NCBI GenBank assembly: GCA_965243135.1
Contig: OZ251539.1
Location: 5,376,001-5,440,000, forward strand
Source of the DNA: Alphaproteobacteria bacterium
GTDB lineage: Bacteria > Pseudomonadota > Alphaproteobacteria > MPNO01 > UBA830
DNA: 64,000 nt
Direction of reading: 5' to 3'
In this document: positions 52,677-62,992 of the stretch, one piece after another
Layout of the letters: each line of letters begins with the position of its first letter
Position numbering within the stretch: the stretch's first letter is position 1
Notes under the pieces: model-generated
The model's database searches: none
Told to the model about the DNA's origin: nothing
What the model saw: the letters and a program-made list of their open reading frames with translations, nothing else
Made by a program: the position numbers and the translations under genes

Positions 52677-53101
52677 TGGCGGTCGAGACGGTGAGGGTAT
52701 CGCAGCGGGCGAAGGACCAGCTGATCAAGTTGAAGCGGGTGACGGGGATCGAGCACTGGAACGTGCTCTGCCGGTGGGGCTTCTGCCTGTCGCTCGCCGA
52801 GGAAGGAATTCCGCCGGCGGCGGAGATACCGCTGGACAGCAACGTCGAGATGAGCTGGCGGGTGTTCGGCGGCCGGCACGCCGATCTCTACCTTGCGCTG
52901 CTGAAGGAGCGCCTGTGCCGGGACGAACTTCCGACCGACCCCGAGACCGTCGCGAGGCAGTTCCGGTTGCACCTGCATCGCGGGATTTCGTATCTGGCCG
53001 CCGGCCGGACCGTGGGCGGACCCGGCGACCTGATTTCCGTGGCGGTCGCCGGAAAGGACCGGGCTGCGGCTTCTCCGGCTCCGTCCGTCGCCGGACCCTG
53101 A
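52676..53101 (+). CDS. dndE: DNA sulfur modification protein DndE
   Basis: RVSQRAKDQLIKLKRVTGIEHWNVLCRWGFCLSLAE...SNVEMSWRVFGG...FRLHLHRGISYL. Confidence 0.93.
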   Translation: MAVETVRVSQRAKDQLIKLKRVTGIEHWNVLCRWGFCLSLAEEGIPPAAEIPLDSNVEMSWRVFGGRHADLYLALLKERLCRDELPTDPETVARQFRLHLHRGISYLAAGRTVGGPGDLISVAVAGKDRAAASPAPSVAGP

Positions 53102-54191
53102 TGCCCAGGCGGGTGTCCGCCTGACCACGGGAGCAGGCCCATGCGGCGGAGCGCCGAGACCCTGCGTTTCTCCGCTGGACAAGGGGTTGCGGGGTTCCGC
53201 CTTGCCGCGCCGCGTTTTGCAGATCGCCAACTTCCGTATTGAAACCGTTGGCCCTCGCGGGCGGCGGCCCGTTTCCAAATGCGCTGCTTCTCTTGGGGTT
53301 CCCGCAGCGGACCGGTTGGCAAGGAGCGCAGTCCGGAAGTCGTCGATCGCTGCATCCGAGACTCGTTCATGGTATCTCTGGCGCCAGAGAGTCGATCGCG
53401 GCGCTGGCCAACGGCGCGCTCGGGACATCGGGTTCGCCGTAAACGGATTCGCGCCGTGGTACGATCGAGACGGACAGTAGAAGCGGATGGGCAGAGCGAG
53501 GAAATGCGGAGGATCGGCGGACTCGATAACGCCGCGCTGCGGAAGTCGCTACGGGGAGGGGCGGCGTGACTGGTCGTCAGGCGGCGCCGGCGTCGCATGA
53601 CGCGCTGCGCCCTCGGGGCGACTCTTCGCCGATGCCCGCCGCGGCCGGCGGCGGCGCTGGCGGAAGATGAAGCGTCGGCGTGGCGCAACCAAGGTTGCCG
53701 GTCGCGCCGGATCGCGAACGAATCGAGCGCTTGATGGGCGCGGCGCAACGCGAGATCCTCCCAGAATTTGGCGATTGGCGCGGTGACGGACGGGACTGAA
53801 GCCCGATGGCGCGGCCGCCGCGATGCAGAGCGCGCGGGCGCGGGATCGCCTGCTGCCGGCGCTTTCCGTCGCCGCGAGGAGACGCGCCGGCCGGAATGAA
53901 ACCGGCATGCGTCGCGGGCCAAGGAAGGGGCCCCGTTTGGACCGAGAGAGAGGATGCCGTTGCCATGCCTGCTACATCATTGGTTCAAAAGAAAGTTCGC
54001 CGGAAACGCGGTCATGGCAGCGATGCTTCCGAGGCCTGACCGACCGCCAACGGCAAGGAACCGAGTCGGTGGCGCGTCGACCGCGTCGGATTCGCGGACG
54101 CGCCTTCGCCCAACAGGGCATGCGACGGCCTTGCATGGCCGCGACCGCCCGTTCGGCGGAAGCCGTCCAACGGCATGCGGTTCTGAGAACC

Positions 54192-55109
54192 ATGCGTGAC
54201 GAGGCGCGATTCCTTGATCGTATCGAACGGCTCGGGGTCATGAACCAGAAGGGCATGCGCGCCCCTCACAAGCCGCTGTTGTTGTTGCTTGCGCTCGGGA
54301 GAGTACTGGCCGGACACGAACGCCTCGAATTCTACGCCGTTCTCGAAAATCCGCTCAAGCGTCTTCTCGTTTTGTACGGGCCGCCCCGGAAAAGGCTGCG
54401 GCCGGAGGCTCCGTTCGGTTGGTTGCGCACGGATGACTTGTGGGACATTCCCGACGATGGCAGGCTGTCCGTCAATTCCTGGGGCACGCTCAACCGGAGC
54501 GGGTTGATCCGGCACGCTGCGCAAGGCGGCTTCCCGGAGGACATCTTTCGACTGCTCAGGCGCGATCCGGATCTCGTCCGGCGGGCCGCGCAGCTTCTTC
54601 TCGACAGACATTTCCCCCGGTCTCTGCACGAGCGCATTCTGGCGTCCGTGAACATTCCGGCGGATCCCGCAGCGCGCTGGGTCCGGACAACGGAACGGAG
54701 CCGCGCGTTCCGGAAAGAGGTATTGCTGGCTTACGAGTCTCGTTGCGCCGTGTGCGGCTACGACCTCCGGATGAACGACGAGGTTATCGGGCTCGACGCC
54801 GCGCACATCAAATGGCACTCCCAAAACGGTCCGGATATCGTTCCGAACGGGCTCGCGCTGTGCGCCCTTCACCACGAGGCGCTGGACCGCGGCGCTCTCG
54901 GGCTCCGTTCCATGCAGGAGCCCGGACGTTTCGCCGTCATCGTATCGGATGTCGTCGACACCCGTAACGAGACAGGGAGGCTGTTTCTTCAGCTGCAGGA
55001 CGGGCTGCTTCGCTCTCCGGCAAGCGTCGAATTGGCTCCGAGGCCAGCGTTCGTCGCATGGCACGGACGCGAGGTTTTTCGGGGACAGCTGGCGGTTTCG
55101 TCCGGCTGA
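54192..55109 (+). CDS. phosphorothioate-binding (SBD)-HNH endonuclease
   Basis: RAPHKPLLLL...PEAPFGWL; FRKEVLLAY..RCAVC...LDAAHIKW...NGLALCALHH..LDRG. Confidence 0.85.
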   Translation: MRDEARFLDRIERLGVMNQKGMRAPHKPLLLLLALGRVLAGHERLEFYAVLENPLKRLLVLYGPPRKRLRPEAPFGWLRTDDLWDIPDDGRLSVNSWGTLNRSGLIRHAAQGGFPEDIFRLLRRDPDLVRRAAQLLLDRHFPRSLHERILASVNIPADPAARWVRTTERSRAFRKEVLLAYESRCAVCGYDLRMNDEVIGLDAAHIKWHSQNGPDIVPNGLALCALHHEALDRGALGLRSMQEPGRFAVIVSDVVDTRNETGRLFLQLQDGLLRSPASVELAPRPAFVAWHGREVFRGQLAVSSG

Positions 55110-55511
55110 CCTCCGGTTCGGCCGTGACGGCGGCCGCTCGAAAAAAGCGTTGTTTCTGCCCATAGGCTCGCGAGAACGGGTTCGGGTTTCGCTCGAACTT
55201 CTCGCGCGGCGGTCTTGCGGGCAAGTCACGAACGCCGGTTCCCGTCCGCGGCGGCGCTTCCCGAAGGTTGCAGCAAAGTCGATCCAATCGGCGGCGGGGG
55301 TTTTCGGTGCCGCCGGGCGGGCGGCGGGCGTCGACCGGAAGCGCCGGCGCTGCCTCCAACGCGATCAAGTGTCGGCGCCGTAGGCGCGCCGCGACCTCTC
55401 GCCGCCCGCTTTCCCTGGAGCGCTTTCGTACGGAAACGCCGAGATGCCGCCGAAGGCCAGAGAGCCGGCATCTTGCCTTGCCGTTCTGCCGACGCTGCCG
55501 AATCGGCACCA

Positions 55512-55541
55512 TTGACTTTTCAAAATATAAACCATATTGGT
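55512..55541 (+). promoter_or_regulatory. AT-rich promoter region with ACCA-N3-TGGT palindrome
   Basis: TTGACT at 55512; palindrome at 55531-55541 overlapping the -10 position. Confidence 0.4.
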
Positions 55542-55573
55542 GTATTAAATTTCACTGGCCAATGAGGTGAAGT

Positions 55574-58500
55574 ATGGCTGACGATGGCAAGGAGAAGGTC
55601 GAGTTGGGTCCCGAGGAGATACGCGCCCTGCGGAAACGGCTTGGCTTGACGCAGGTGGAAGCGGGCGAGTTGCTGGGCGGAGGTCCGCGCGCCTTTTCGA
55701 AATACGAGAACGGAACGGTGAAGCCCGCCGCTGCGGTGATCAACTTGCTGCGGTTGCTGGAGAAAGATCCCTCGGCGATCAACACGCTGGGCGGGGGAAG
55801 ATCGCGTCCGATGCCGGTTAGCCTCGTTGGCCCGTTCGAAGTGGACAGCAAGCATATCGAAGCCTTGCGCGAACGGGAGTTTCCGCCGCTTCTGCGGCGA
55901 TTGCTGCATGCGGAGGCGGCGGCGTTCGGTCTTCCCGCCGACGGCATTCATGTCGCTGACAATATCCATGCGTCTGACGGAGGCGAGGACGGGCGCATCC
56001 GCTGGACCCACGGCCCGGAGAGAACCGCCTTCCTTCCCTCCCGGTTCGTTCAGTTTCAACTGAAGGCGGGAAAGATCACGCCTGCCGAGGCCGGGCGCGA
56101 AGTCCTGACTTCTTCCAAAGAGGTCAAGGAGATGGTGCGTTCGGTCTTGCAGGCCGGCGGCGACTATGTCCTGCTGTGCGCTCATGCCTATACGCAGAAA
56201 GAGATCGAAAAGCGGGAGGCGGCCATGCTCGGATCCCTCCGCGACGCGCGCATGAGCCTCGACGACGATCAGGTTCGCTTCCGCGATGCCAGCCAGATCG
56301 CCGATTGGGCGAACGCGCATCCCGCTGTCGCGATTTGGGTGAAGGAACGGACCCAGCCTGGCGCTGTCGGTCCCTTCCGTTCATGGCTGCACTGGGCAGG
56401 GTGCGCCGAACACGAGGCGGTGCCCTATGTCGAGGACGAACGGCTTGCTCCTTTGCGCACCCGGCTGCTTGAGCAGGCGAAAGAGCCCAATGGAATCCTG
56501 CGCGTGGTCGGGCTGTCTGGCATCGGCAAATCCCGCCTGGTTCTCGAGGCCCTCAATCACGGAGACCAGGAGGAGCGCTCGCTCGCCGACATCGTGCTTC
56601 ATGCCGACGACGGCGAGGACGTTGCGGTCAATAACGCGGTGCAAGCTCTGGCCGAGATGGGAACGCGCGCCGTTCTCGTCGTCGAACGCTGTTCCCCGGA
56701 ACATCACCGGATCCTTGCCGGCTTCGTTTCGCGAAGCGGCAGCCGTCTCTCGCTGATAACGATTGACGACGAAATTCCGTCCGGGACGCTCAAGGCGGAC
56801 ACATGCCTGATCTCCGAGGCCCCAACGGCGGTCGTCGAGGGAATCATCGACCAGCTTTGGCCGGGGCTGCCGTCCGAGGACCGGTATCGCTTGACTGCGT
56901 TCTCGAACGGGTTTCCCGGGTTCGCCATCGGCCTCGTGCAGGGGTGGATGGCCTCGACGCCCCTCGCGCACAGCACGGAAGACGATATCGTCGAGACGTT
57001 CGTGCTGGGCCGCAGACCGCGAAATCGAGAAGCACTTCTGAAGACGGCCGAACTGCTTGCCGCATTTCCGTCGATCAACTTGGAGAACTCCGACCAACTT
57101 CAGAAGGTAGCGGGCCTGGGCAATCTCTCGCCCGACGATCTGCGCAAATCGATCGTTGATCTGGCGATCCGCAAGGTAGCGCGGCGGCGAGGGAGACTGG
57201 TCACCCTCGAACCCAGACCTGTCGCCCTGAAGCTCGCGGAACGCCGGTGGCAGTCGTGGAGCCGGGATCAACGGGAAAGCGTTCTGACAGGCGACAGCCG
57301 TTTGGCAATCGCGGCAGCCGGACAACTAGCGCTTCTCAACACGACCGACATCTCCCGAGAGGTGGCGCGGCATGTCTGCCGAGAGGGAGGTCCATTCGAC
57401 GATCCAGGTTCTGCGGCGACCGCTGCACGGGTGTTTTTCTTTCTCGCTCAGATCGACGCGTTGGCCGTCGCGGATCAAGTCGAGCGCTATCTGGAAAACT
57501 GTGAATCGAAACTTGACGACCTGACGCGCAAGCATCTGGTTTGGGCGCTGGAAAAAATCGCTTTCCGGGAGGATGGCTTCGAATGCGCCGGCCCTCTTTT
57601 GCTGCGCCTTGCCGTTTCGGAAAACGGCGTGGAAACGGGAGCCAGGGACAAGTTCGCGGCGCTGTTCAATGTGCCCGTCGGCGCCACGGAAGCTGTTGGA
57701 GACCGTCGGCTCGATCTTCTGGATGAGGTCAGTCAAACCGACAACAAGGACCGGCGGGCAGTCATTGTTGAAGCCCTGAGCGCGGGTTTGGAGTCGAGGC
57801 ACGCTTTTCGCATACGAGGCGCCGAGACTCACGGGGCGCGGCCGGCGATGCGACCCTGGAGACCGGCGACGGACGCCGAATGGCGGCGGTATGTCGAGGG
57901 TTGCGTGGAACGCCTCGCCGAATTCGCCGGGAAACAGGACGAAACCGGAATTGCGGCGCGCACGGAGCTTGGTCGACACCTGCGCTCCCTTGTCGCCGAC
58001 GGCTTCATCGATGCGGTGGAAAAGGCTGTCAGGTCGGCGGGAGGGACAGGGGCTGTGTGGGCCGAAGCGCTGGAAGGACTTGGTCATTTTCTCGAATACG
58101 ATGCAACAGACGAGGAGAACGACCTGGTTGATTGCGTCCAGAGGCTGATTTCCGGTTTGCGGCCCAATGATCTCCCGACGCGCGTATCCTACCTCGTTAC
58201 CGAGATGCCTTGGGACTATCCCGTCGGTGAACGGTTAGGCACCGATGAGCGCATCAGGCGCCAGACCGAAGCCGTGCGTACGCTGGCCATTGAGTTAAGT
58301 GCGAAGCCCGAAGTTCTCGCGCAGATGCTGCCGCAGCTTAGCCGGGGCGAGCAGCGCATGGCCGCGGTATTTGGCCATGCGCTGGCGTCGTCTGTCGCTT
58401 CGCCGCTGGATTGGTTGGAACGAATCGCGCAGGCCGTTGCGGCGGCGCCGGAACAGGAGCGTAATTTCGATCTGCTGTCGGGCTATGTTGCGGAGCTTGC

Positions 58501-59560
58501 TGCGGAACACCCGGACGCGGCCGAAGAATTCAAGCGAAAGGCTGCGCGGACGCCGGACCTTGCGGCGGCGCTTTCCCCGATTTGCTGGCGGATTGGCATT
58601 GCGCCCTCCGATATCGCTTTGGTCATGGCTGCCCTCGAGGCGGAGGTGATAGGTCCCCTGGATTTAACTCCGTGGATGGCCGGCGGGGTTCTCGCCAAGC
58701 TCCCGGAACCGGAAGTCGCGCCTTTGTTCGATGCGCTTGCCCTCCACGGTGCCAAGGGATTCATAGTCGCAGTGGAATTGCTGGGGATGTATGTCCACGG
58801 CGAACTGGACCGATTGGAGAACCTTAGGCCGCAGCTCTTGAAGGTTGTCGATTGTCTTGCCGACCACGTTCAGTCCCTTCAAAGGGTGATGACCGCGCAC
58901 CATTTCGAAAACCTCATCCAATGGTTGCTGGAAAAAGGCAGGCAGGATCGCGATGCGTGCGCCGCGGCGCTGGGTCTGGCTGCCGCCTTCGTCAAGGCTG
59001 TGGAATTGGGGACTGATCGGGTCGTCAGCCCCGTGCTTCCCGCGCTGTTGTCCGGTTTTCCGGAAATCGCCTGGCCGCTCATCGGCAAGGCGATCCTCTC
59101 GGGAGGGTCATGGCGTTACACGCTAGCCTTCGGGGAAATTTCCTCCCGTAACGAAGGCCGTGCCGCGATACTGAGTCTTCCTGAGGATTCGCTGTTCGCA
59201 TGGTGCCGCGCTCACCCTGACGAAGCGCCGGCTTTCGCGGCGGAGGTTCTGCCGGTTCTTGTCTCCCGCGAGGTCGACGCCCCCGAAATCCACCCGGTCA
59301 CGGACAGACTGATCGACGAGTTCGGCGACCGGGAGGAGGTGCTCCATGCAGTTGCCGGGAACCTGTTGTCGTTTTCTTGCGTGGGGTCTGGGGCGGAGCA
59401 CTACGAGCACTACGAGCGCTACAAGGTGCCGATCGAGGCGCTGCTGCAGAAATGCGGGAAGCCTCAGGTGCGGCGCTGGTGCCAGAAACTGCTGGATATT
59501 CTCGATGAACAAAGCAAAATTAACCGCGACGGGGAAGCGGAGTTTGCCGGGCTGCCCTGA
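55574..59560 (+). CDS. MqsA-like HTH + PD-(D/E)XK-like nuclease + STAND-like NTPase + long helical C-terminus (Avs-like defence protein)
   Basis: IRALRKRLGLTQVEAGELLGGGPRAFSKYENG; DGGEDG...FQLKAG; VVGLSGIGKSRL; LVVERC; FSNGFP.FA. Confidence 0.8.
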   Translation: MADDGKEKVELGPEEIRALRKRLGLTQVEAGELLGGGPRAFSKYENGTVKPAAAVINLLRLLEKDPSAINTLGGGRSRPMPVSLVGPFEVDSKHIEALREREFPPLLRRLLHAEAAAFGLPADGIHVADNIHASDGGEDGRIRWTHGPERTAFLPSRFVQFQLKAGKITPAEAGREVLTSSKEVKEMVRSVLQAGGDYVLLCAHAYTQKEIEKREAAMLGSLRDARMSLDDDQVRFRDASQIADWANAHPAVAIWVKERTQPGAVGPFRSWLHWAGCAEHEAVPYVEDERLAPLRTRLLEQAKEPNGILRVVGLSGIGKSRLVLEALNHGDQEERSLADIVLHADDGEDVAVNNAVQALAEMGTRAVLVVERCSPEHHRILAGFVSRSGSRLSLITIDDEIPSGTLKADTCLISEAPTAVVEGIIDQLWPGLPSEDRYRLTAFSNGFPGFAIGLVQGWMASTPLAHSTEDDIVETFVLGRRPRNREALLKTAELLAAFPSINLENSDQLQKVAGLGNLSPDDLRKSIVDLAIRKVARRRGRLVTLEPRPVALKLAERRWQSWSRDQRESVLTGDSRLAIAAAGQLALLNTTDISREVARHVCREGGPFDDPGSAATAARVFFFLAQIDALAVADQVERYLENCESKLDDLTRKHLVWALEKIAFREDGFECAGPLLLRLAVSENGVETGARDKFAALFNVPVGATEAVGDRRLDLLDEVSQTDNKDRRAVIVEALSAGLESRHAFRIRGAETHGARPAMRPWRPATDAEWRRYVEGCVERLAEFAGKQDETGIAARTELGRHLRSLVADGFIDAVEKAVRSAGGTGAVWAEALEGLGHFLEYDATDEENDLVDCVQRLISGLRPNDLPTRVSYLVTEMPWDYPVGERLGTDERIRRQTEAVRTLAIELSAKPEVLAQMLPQLSRGEQRMAAVFGHALASSVASPLDWLERIAQAVAAAPEQERNFDLLSGYVAELAAEHPDAAEEFKRKAARTPDLAAALSPICWRIGIAPSDIALVMAALEAEVIGPLDLTPWMAGGVLAKLPEPEVAPLFDALALHGAKGFIVAVELLGMYVHGELDRLENLRPQLLKVVDCLADHVQSLQRVMTAHHFENLIQWLLEKGRQDRDACAAALGLAAAFVKAVELGTDRVVSPVLPALLSGFPEIAWPLIGKAILSGGSWRYTLAFGEISSRNEGRAAILSLPEDSLFAWCRAHPDEAPAFAAEVLPVLVSREVDAPEIHPVTDRLIDEFGDREEVLHAVAGNLLSFSCVGSGAEHYEHYERYKVPIEALLQKCGKPQVRRWCQKLLDILDEQSKINRDGEAEFAGLP

Positions 59561-59592
59561 CCGGATTCAACCGTCGGCTGCTTGCTTCGGGC

Positions 59593-59850
59593 GTGAACCC
59601 GAACGTTCCGGACGATGCGGGCCGAACAGCGGTTCATCGGCCAGCGAGAGGCGGCGGACCTCGGATACTCGATGCGCTGCTTCGCGCGGGCGGCAAACCG
59701 AACGTTCGCGACAGCGACGGCAACGCGCCGTTGCACATCGCCATCAAGGCGGGCGGGAGCGAAGGCAAGGTCGAAGCCGTCGAGGCGCTTCTGTCGGCCG
59801 GAGCGGATCCCTGCCTCCAGGATGCAACGGGCGGACACCCTACGGCATGG
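59593..59850 (+). pseudogene. ankyrin-repeat fragment
   Basis: LLRAGGKPNVRDSDGNAPLHIA...VEALLSAGADP. Confidence 0.7.
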
Positions 59851-59959
59851 CGACGGGCGGCGGCGCTGACCGCCGCGCTTTCGGCCCGGCCGGGGGTAAC
59901 GAGTGGACGTGCGGGAGAAACGGAAAGCGCGGATAGCGGTGCGCGGCAACGTGAGGTCG

Positions 59960-60025
59960 GGGCCGGGGTCGTACTCGTCGTCCTCGACGAGGCGCAACGG
60001 ATCAAGAACAGGAACTCCGCCGCGG
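59960..60025 (+). pseudogene. SNF2-helicase motif II fragment
   Basis: LVVLDEAQRIKNRNS. Confidence 0.5.
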
Positions 60026-60191
60026 CTCCCGGAGAAAAGCGGAGGCCGCACGCAAGCTTTGTGTGGAAATCAGTGCACCAAGTGCTTGATCCGAATCGGC
60101 AGGTAGCGATGATGAAGCGGTTCGGAGTCGATCGATACTCGGGCGGTCCCGGCATCGAGCGCGCTAAAGCAACGGGGAAGGGATCCTGGCG

Positions 60192-61130
60192 GTGTCCGTC
60201 CGACTTCACGAAAGTTTCGAGTGGGACCCGAGGAACGAACCGTCCCGCGATGACTACGCGCCCGCGCCTGCCCGCACGAACGCGTTCCGTTCGATCGGGG
60301 AGGACGACGGTCCGGTGGACTCTCTTTCGCAGTCTCTTCTCGTTCACGGGCACGCGGCGGACGCGCTGGATCTCGTTCCCGAGGAGAGCGTCCAGACCGT
60401 GGTCACGTCGCCCCCTTACTGGTCTCTGCGGGACTACGAAGTGGACCGGCAGATCGGCAGGGACGATTCTCTCGAGGAGTACGTTTCCGGTATCGTCGAC
60501 ACCTTCGCGAAGGTTCGGAGGGTTCTCGCGGCGGACGGCACCGTCTGGCTGAACGTCGGAGACTCGTACACGTCCGGGAACCGGACGTACCGGGCCCCCG
60601 ACCGGAAGAATCGGGCGCGGGCCATGGCCGTGCGTCCGCCGACGCCGGAAGGGTTGAAGCCGAAGGATTTGATCGGCGTTCCCTGGCGTCTGGCGCTGGC
60701 TCTGCAGGAAGACGGCTGGTGGCTGCGTTCCGAAGTGGTTTGGTGCAAGCCGAACGCGCATCCGGAGTCCGTTCGAGACCGCCCGACGAAGGCCCACGAG
60801 ACCGTGTTCCTCCTGTCGAAGAACCAGAACTACTATTACGACGAAGAGGCCGTGCGGGGGCCCAACGGCCGGCGCTTGCGGACGATCTGGGAAATTCCCA
60901 CGGAACCGCGACAGCGGCCCAGCGGCGAAGACCACCCAGCGGTCATGCCGATGGCGTTGGCTCGTCGTTGCCTCCGCATGACGAGTCGGGCCGGCGACTT
61001 CGTTCTGGATCCGTATGCCGGTTCCGGCACGACGCTGCTTGCGGCCCAGAGCATGGATCGGCGGTGGGTCGGCGTTGAACTGAAAGAAAAATACGTGAGG
61101 TTGATCGAACGCAGGCTCCGCGAGCCATGA
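60192..61130 (+). CDS. beta-class N4-cytosine (or N6-adenine) DNA methyltransferase, M.SmaI-like
   Basis: TSPPY precedes VLDPYAGSGTT; LKPKDLIGVPWRLALALQ.DGW.LRS. Confidence 0.9.
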   Translation: MSVRLHESFEWDPRNEPSRDDYAPAPARTNAFRSIGEDDGPVDSLSQSLLVHGHAADALDLVPEESVQTVVTSPPYWSLRDYEVDRQIGRDDSLEEYVSGIVDTFAKVRRVLAADGTVWLNVGDSYTSGNRTYRAPDRKNRARAMAVRPPTPEGLKPKDLIGVPWRLALALQEDGWWLRSEVVWCKPNAHPESVRDRPTKAHETVFLLSKNQNYYYDEEAVRGPNGRRLRTIWEIPTEPRQRPSGEDHPAVMPMALARRCLRMTSRAGDFVLDPYAGSGTTLLAAQSMDRRWVGVELKEKYVRLIERRLREP

Positions 61131-61888
61131 CGCTCGCCGAACTGAAGGAGCGTCTGGAATCGCTGTCTCCCACGGCGATCCGTTTCGTCGCGAGAATGGT
61201 GGACTCCCTCTCGTCCCCGCCTGCGGTTCGGTTGAGCGATTCGGAGACGTGGCTCACGGCCGTCCCGGAGTGGGTCGAGTATTTCGGGCTGGCGCTGTCC
61301 GTACACCACGGCACGACATCCGAGCCGCTCGCGCAAAAGGGTTTCGAAGCCGTGTTCAGGAACGCCTGCGAAGCCGTCGAATGGGACGTCGGAGAGCCGG
61401 CTTCGGAAACGCAGAGATTTCTCGACCTCACCCTGCGACGCGGAGATCTGCCCGAACAGAAGCTGTCGCTGAAGTCTACGGCCGCGAAGAATATTTCCCG
61501 GTCGACGGCGCATATTTCCAAGCTCACCGACGCCGCGTGGGTGCAGGACATGCGCACCGCCCGAGAACGTCGCGACCGCACCCTCGAACTGTTCCGGGCC
61601 TACGCCGAGGCCGTGGACGCAATAATGATGCTGCGAGCCTTCCGCAAGGGACAGGAAATCCCCGTTCGGTACCAACTGCTGGAGATCCCGACTGCGATTT
61701 TTCGGTCGCTGCAAGACGCCCCCGTAGCGGCCTTCAACGCCGACGGGCCTACCATCGATTGCGCCTATGGAGGGTCGCCGGCTGCAGCGCGCGTGTCGCT
61801 CGACCGGTCCGACGCGAAGATCACGGTCAAGCAAATCCGGCTTTCGGTCTGTACCGTGCATGCCGAATGGCAAATGACCGGAACCTGA
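61127..61888 (+). CDS. SmaI-family type II restriction endonuclease (specificity unknown)
   Basis: ATGA-coupled to the MTase; HH...L....FE..F, LKSTAAKNISRS..HISK, YQLLEIP and C.VH..W match R.SmaI as recalled. Confidence 0.72.
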   Translation: MTLAELKERLESLSPTAIRFVARMVDSLSSPPAVRLSDSETWLTAVPEWVEYFGLALSVHHGTTSEPLAQKGFEAVFRNACEAVEWDVGEPASETQRFLDLTLRRGDLPEQKLSLKSTAAKNISRSTAHISKLTDAAWVQDMRTARERRDRTLELFRAYAEAVDAIMMLRAFRKGQEIPVRYQLLEIPTAIFRSLQDAPVAAFNADGPTIDCAYGGSPAAARVSLDRSDAKITVKQIRLSVCTVHAEWQMTGT

Positions 61889-62053
61889 GATAGTCACCGC
61901 TGCATGGCGACTTCGTCGAGGGTCGAGGTTGGGCCGAATCGCGCATGCGCGGCGGCGCAATCCTGATCGTCGGCGTTTTCCGGCTTTCCGGCACCGGCCG
62001 GAACGATCCGGCAAATTTGTCGCGACAGCTCGTTGCCTGAGGACGAACGCATC

Positions 62054-62992
62054 ATGAGCGATTCCCGTTACCGTCGCGCCCCGTCGGAGGGGTTTCGGAA
62101 ACTCCTTGAAAACGAGTTTGCATGTCTTCCCGCCTTGGACGGGCGGCAAATGCTCGGCGTTGGTCTGGACGTTCATCTGCGCCGTGACGATAAACTGCAC
62201 GTCTATTGCGGCGGCACTCGACTTATCGAGGTCCGCTGGAGGAACACGGTTCGACGGATCCACGTCGACGCCGACTGTTCATACAAGCGGCAGCCGTGCG
62301 CAGGCAGCTTGTTCAACTCATGGAGTCCGGGCGATTCGCGTGAATTCACGAAGGCTTTGCATGCATACCTCGACGGGGTCGCTGTTGGCGACCAGTGGGT
62401 GCAGGGCGAGGGCGAACTGCAGTTTCGATGGTCGCGCGTGGTTGATCCATGGATCCCCTTCGATCGGGAGGTCCTGCTCGAATCCGGCCTCGTTTTGACC
62501 CCGAAAGCCCAAGCCAGGCTTCGAAACGCGGAAGAAGAGCTTTCCGACCGAACCGAAAGCGACGCGCGCAGGTGGGAAATTCGGGAGTGGAACTCCGAGC
62601 GAAGCGGCGAAATCGACCAGCTGGCGGTCGATCCGAATGGTCGTCTGGTGCTCGTCGAACTGAAGGACGCCGAGAGAAGCAACGGTTCTTCCTACTATGC
62701 GCCGTTCCAACTACTTCGTTACGTCTGGGAATGGCATTGCGCCTTGGACAGCGCGTACGAAGAATTGAACAAGATGATCGAAACGAGAAAAAAACTGAAC
62801 CTTACGTCGTGCGAAGCATCCCGCGTCGAGGGCGGTCTGAGGGCCGCCGTCTGCTTCGGGGCTGATCGACGAAGCGGCGAAGTCCAGCGGCGCTATCGCA
62901 TCGTGCTCGAAATCGCCAACCGCCATCTTCCGGACGGCGTTCCGCCAATCGAAACATGGGCGTTCGAGGGCAGTAGGCCGGTGCGGCTTTAG
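62054..62992 (+). CDS. PD-(D/E)XK nuclease-fold protein
   Basis: EIDQLAVDPNGRLVLVELKD...QLLRY. Confidence 0.7.
   Translation: MSDSRYRRAPSEGFRKLLENEFACLPALDGRQMLGVGLDVHLRRDDKLHVYCGGTRLIEVRWRNTVRRIHVDADCSYKRQPCAGSLFNSWSPGDSREFTKALHAYLDGVAVGDQWVQGEGELQFRWSRVVDPWIPFDREVLLESGLVLTPKAQARLRNAEEELSDRTESDARRWEIREWNSERSGEIDQLAVDPNGRLVLVELKDAERSNGSSYYAPFQLLRYVWEWHCALDSAYEELNKMIETRKKLNLTSCEASRVEGGLRAAVCFGADRRSGEVQRRYRIVLEIANRHLPDGVPPIETWAFEGSRPVRL

Noticed and set aside
52673-53101. Complete Dnd phosphorothioation system
   Set aside because: dndA, dndB, dndC and nearly all of dndD are absent from the window.
53102-54190. Genes or structured RNA in this gap (also 12100-12800, 13990-14560, 55110-55500, 63000-63400)
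   Set aside because: No recognisable motifs, repeat arrays or tRNA/rRNA features by eye; an Infernal or BLASTx search would be needed.
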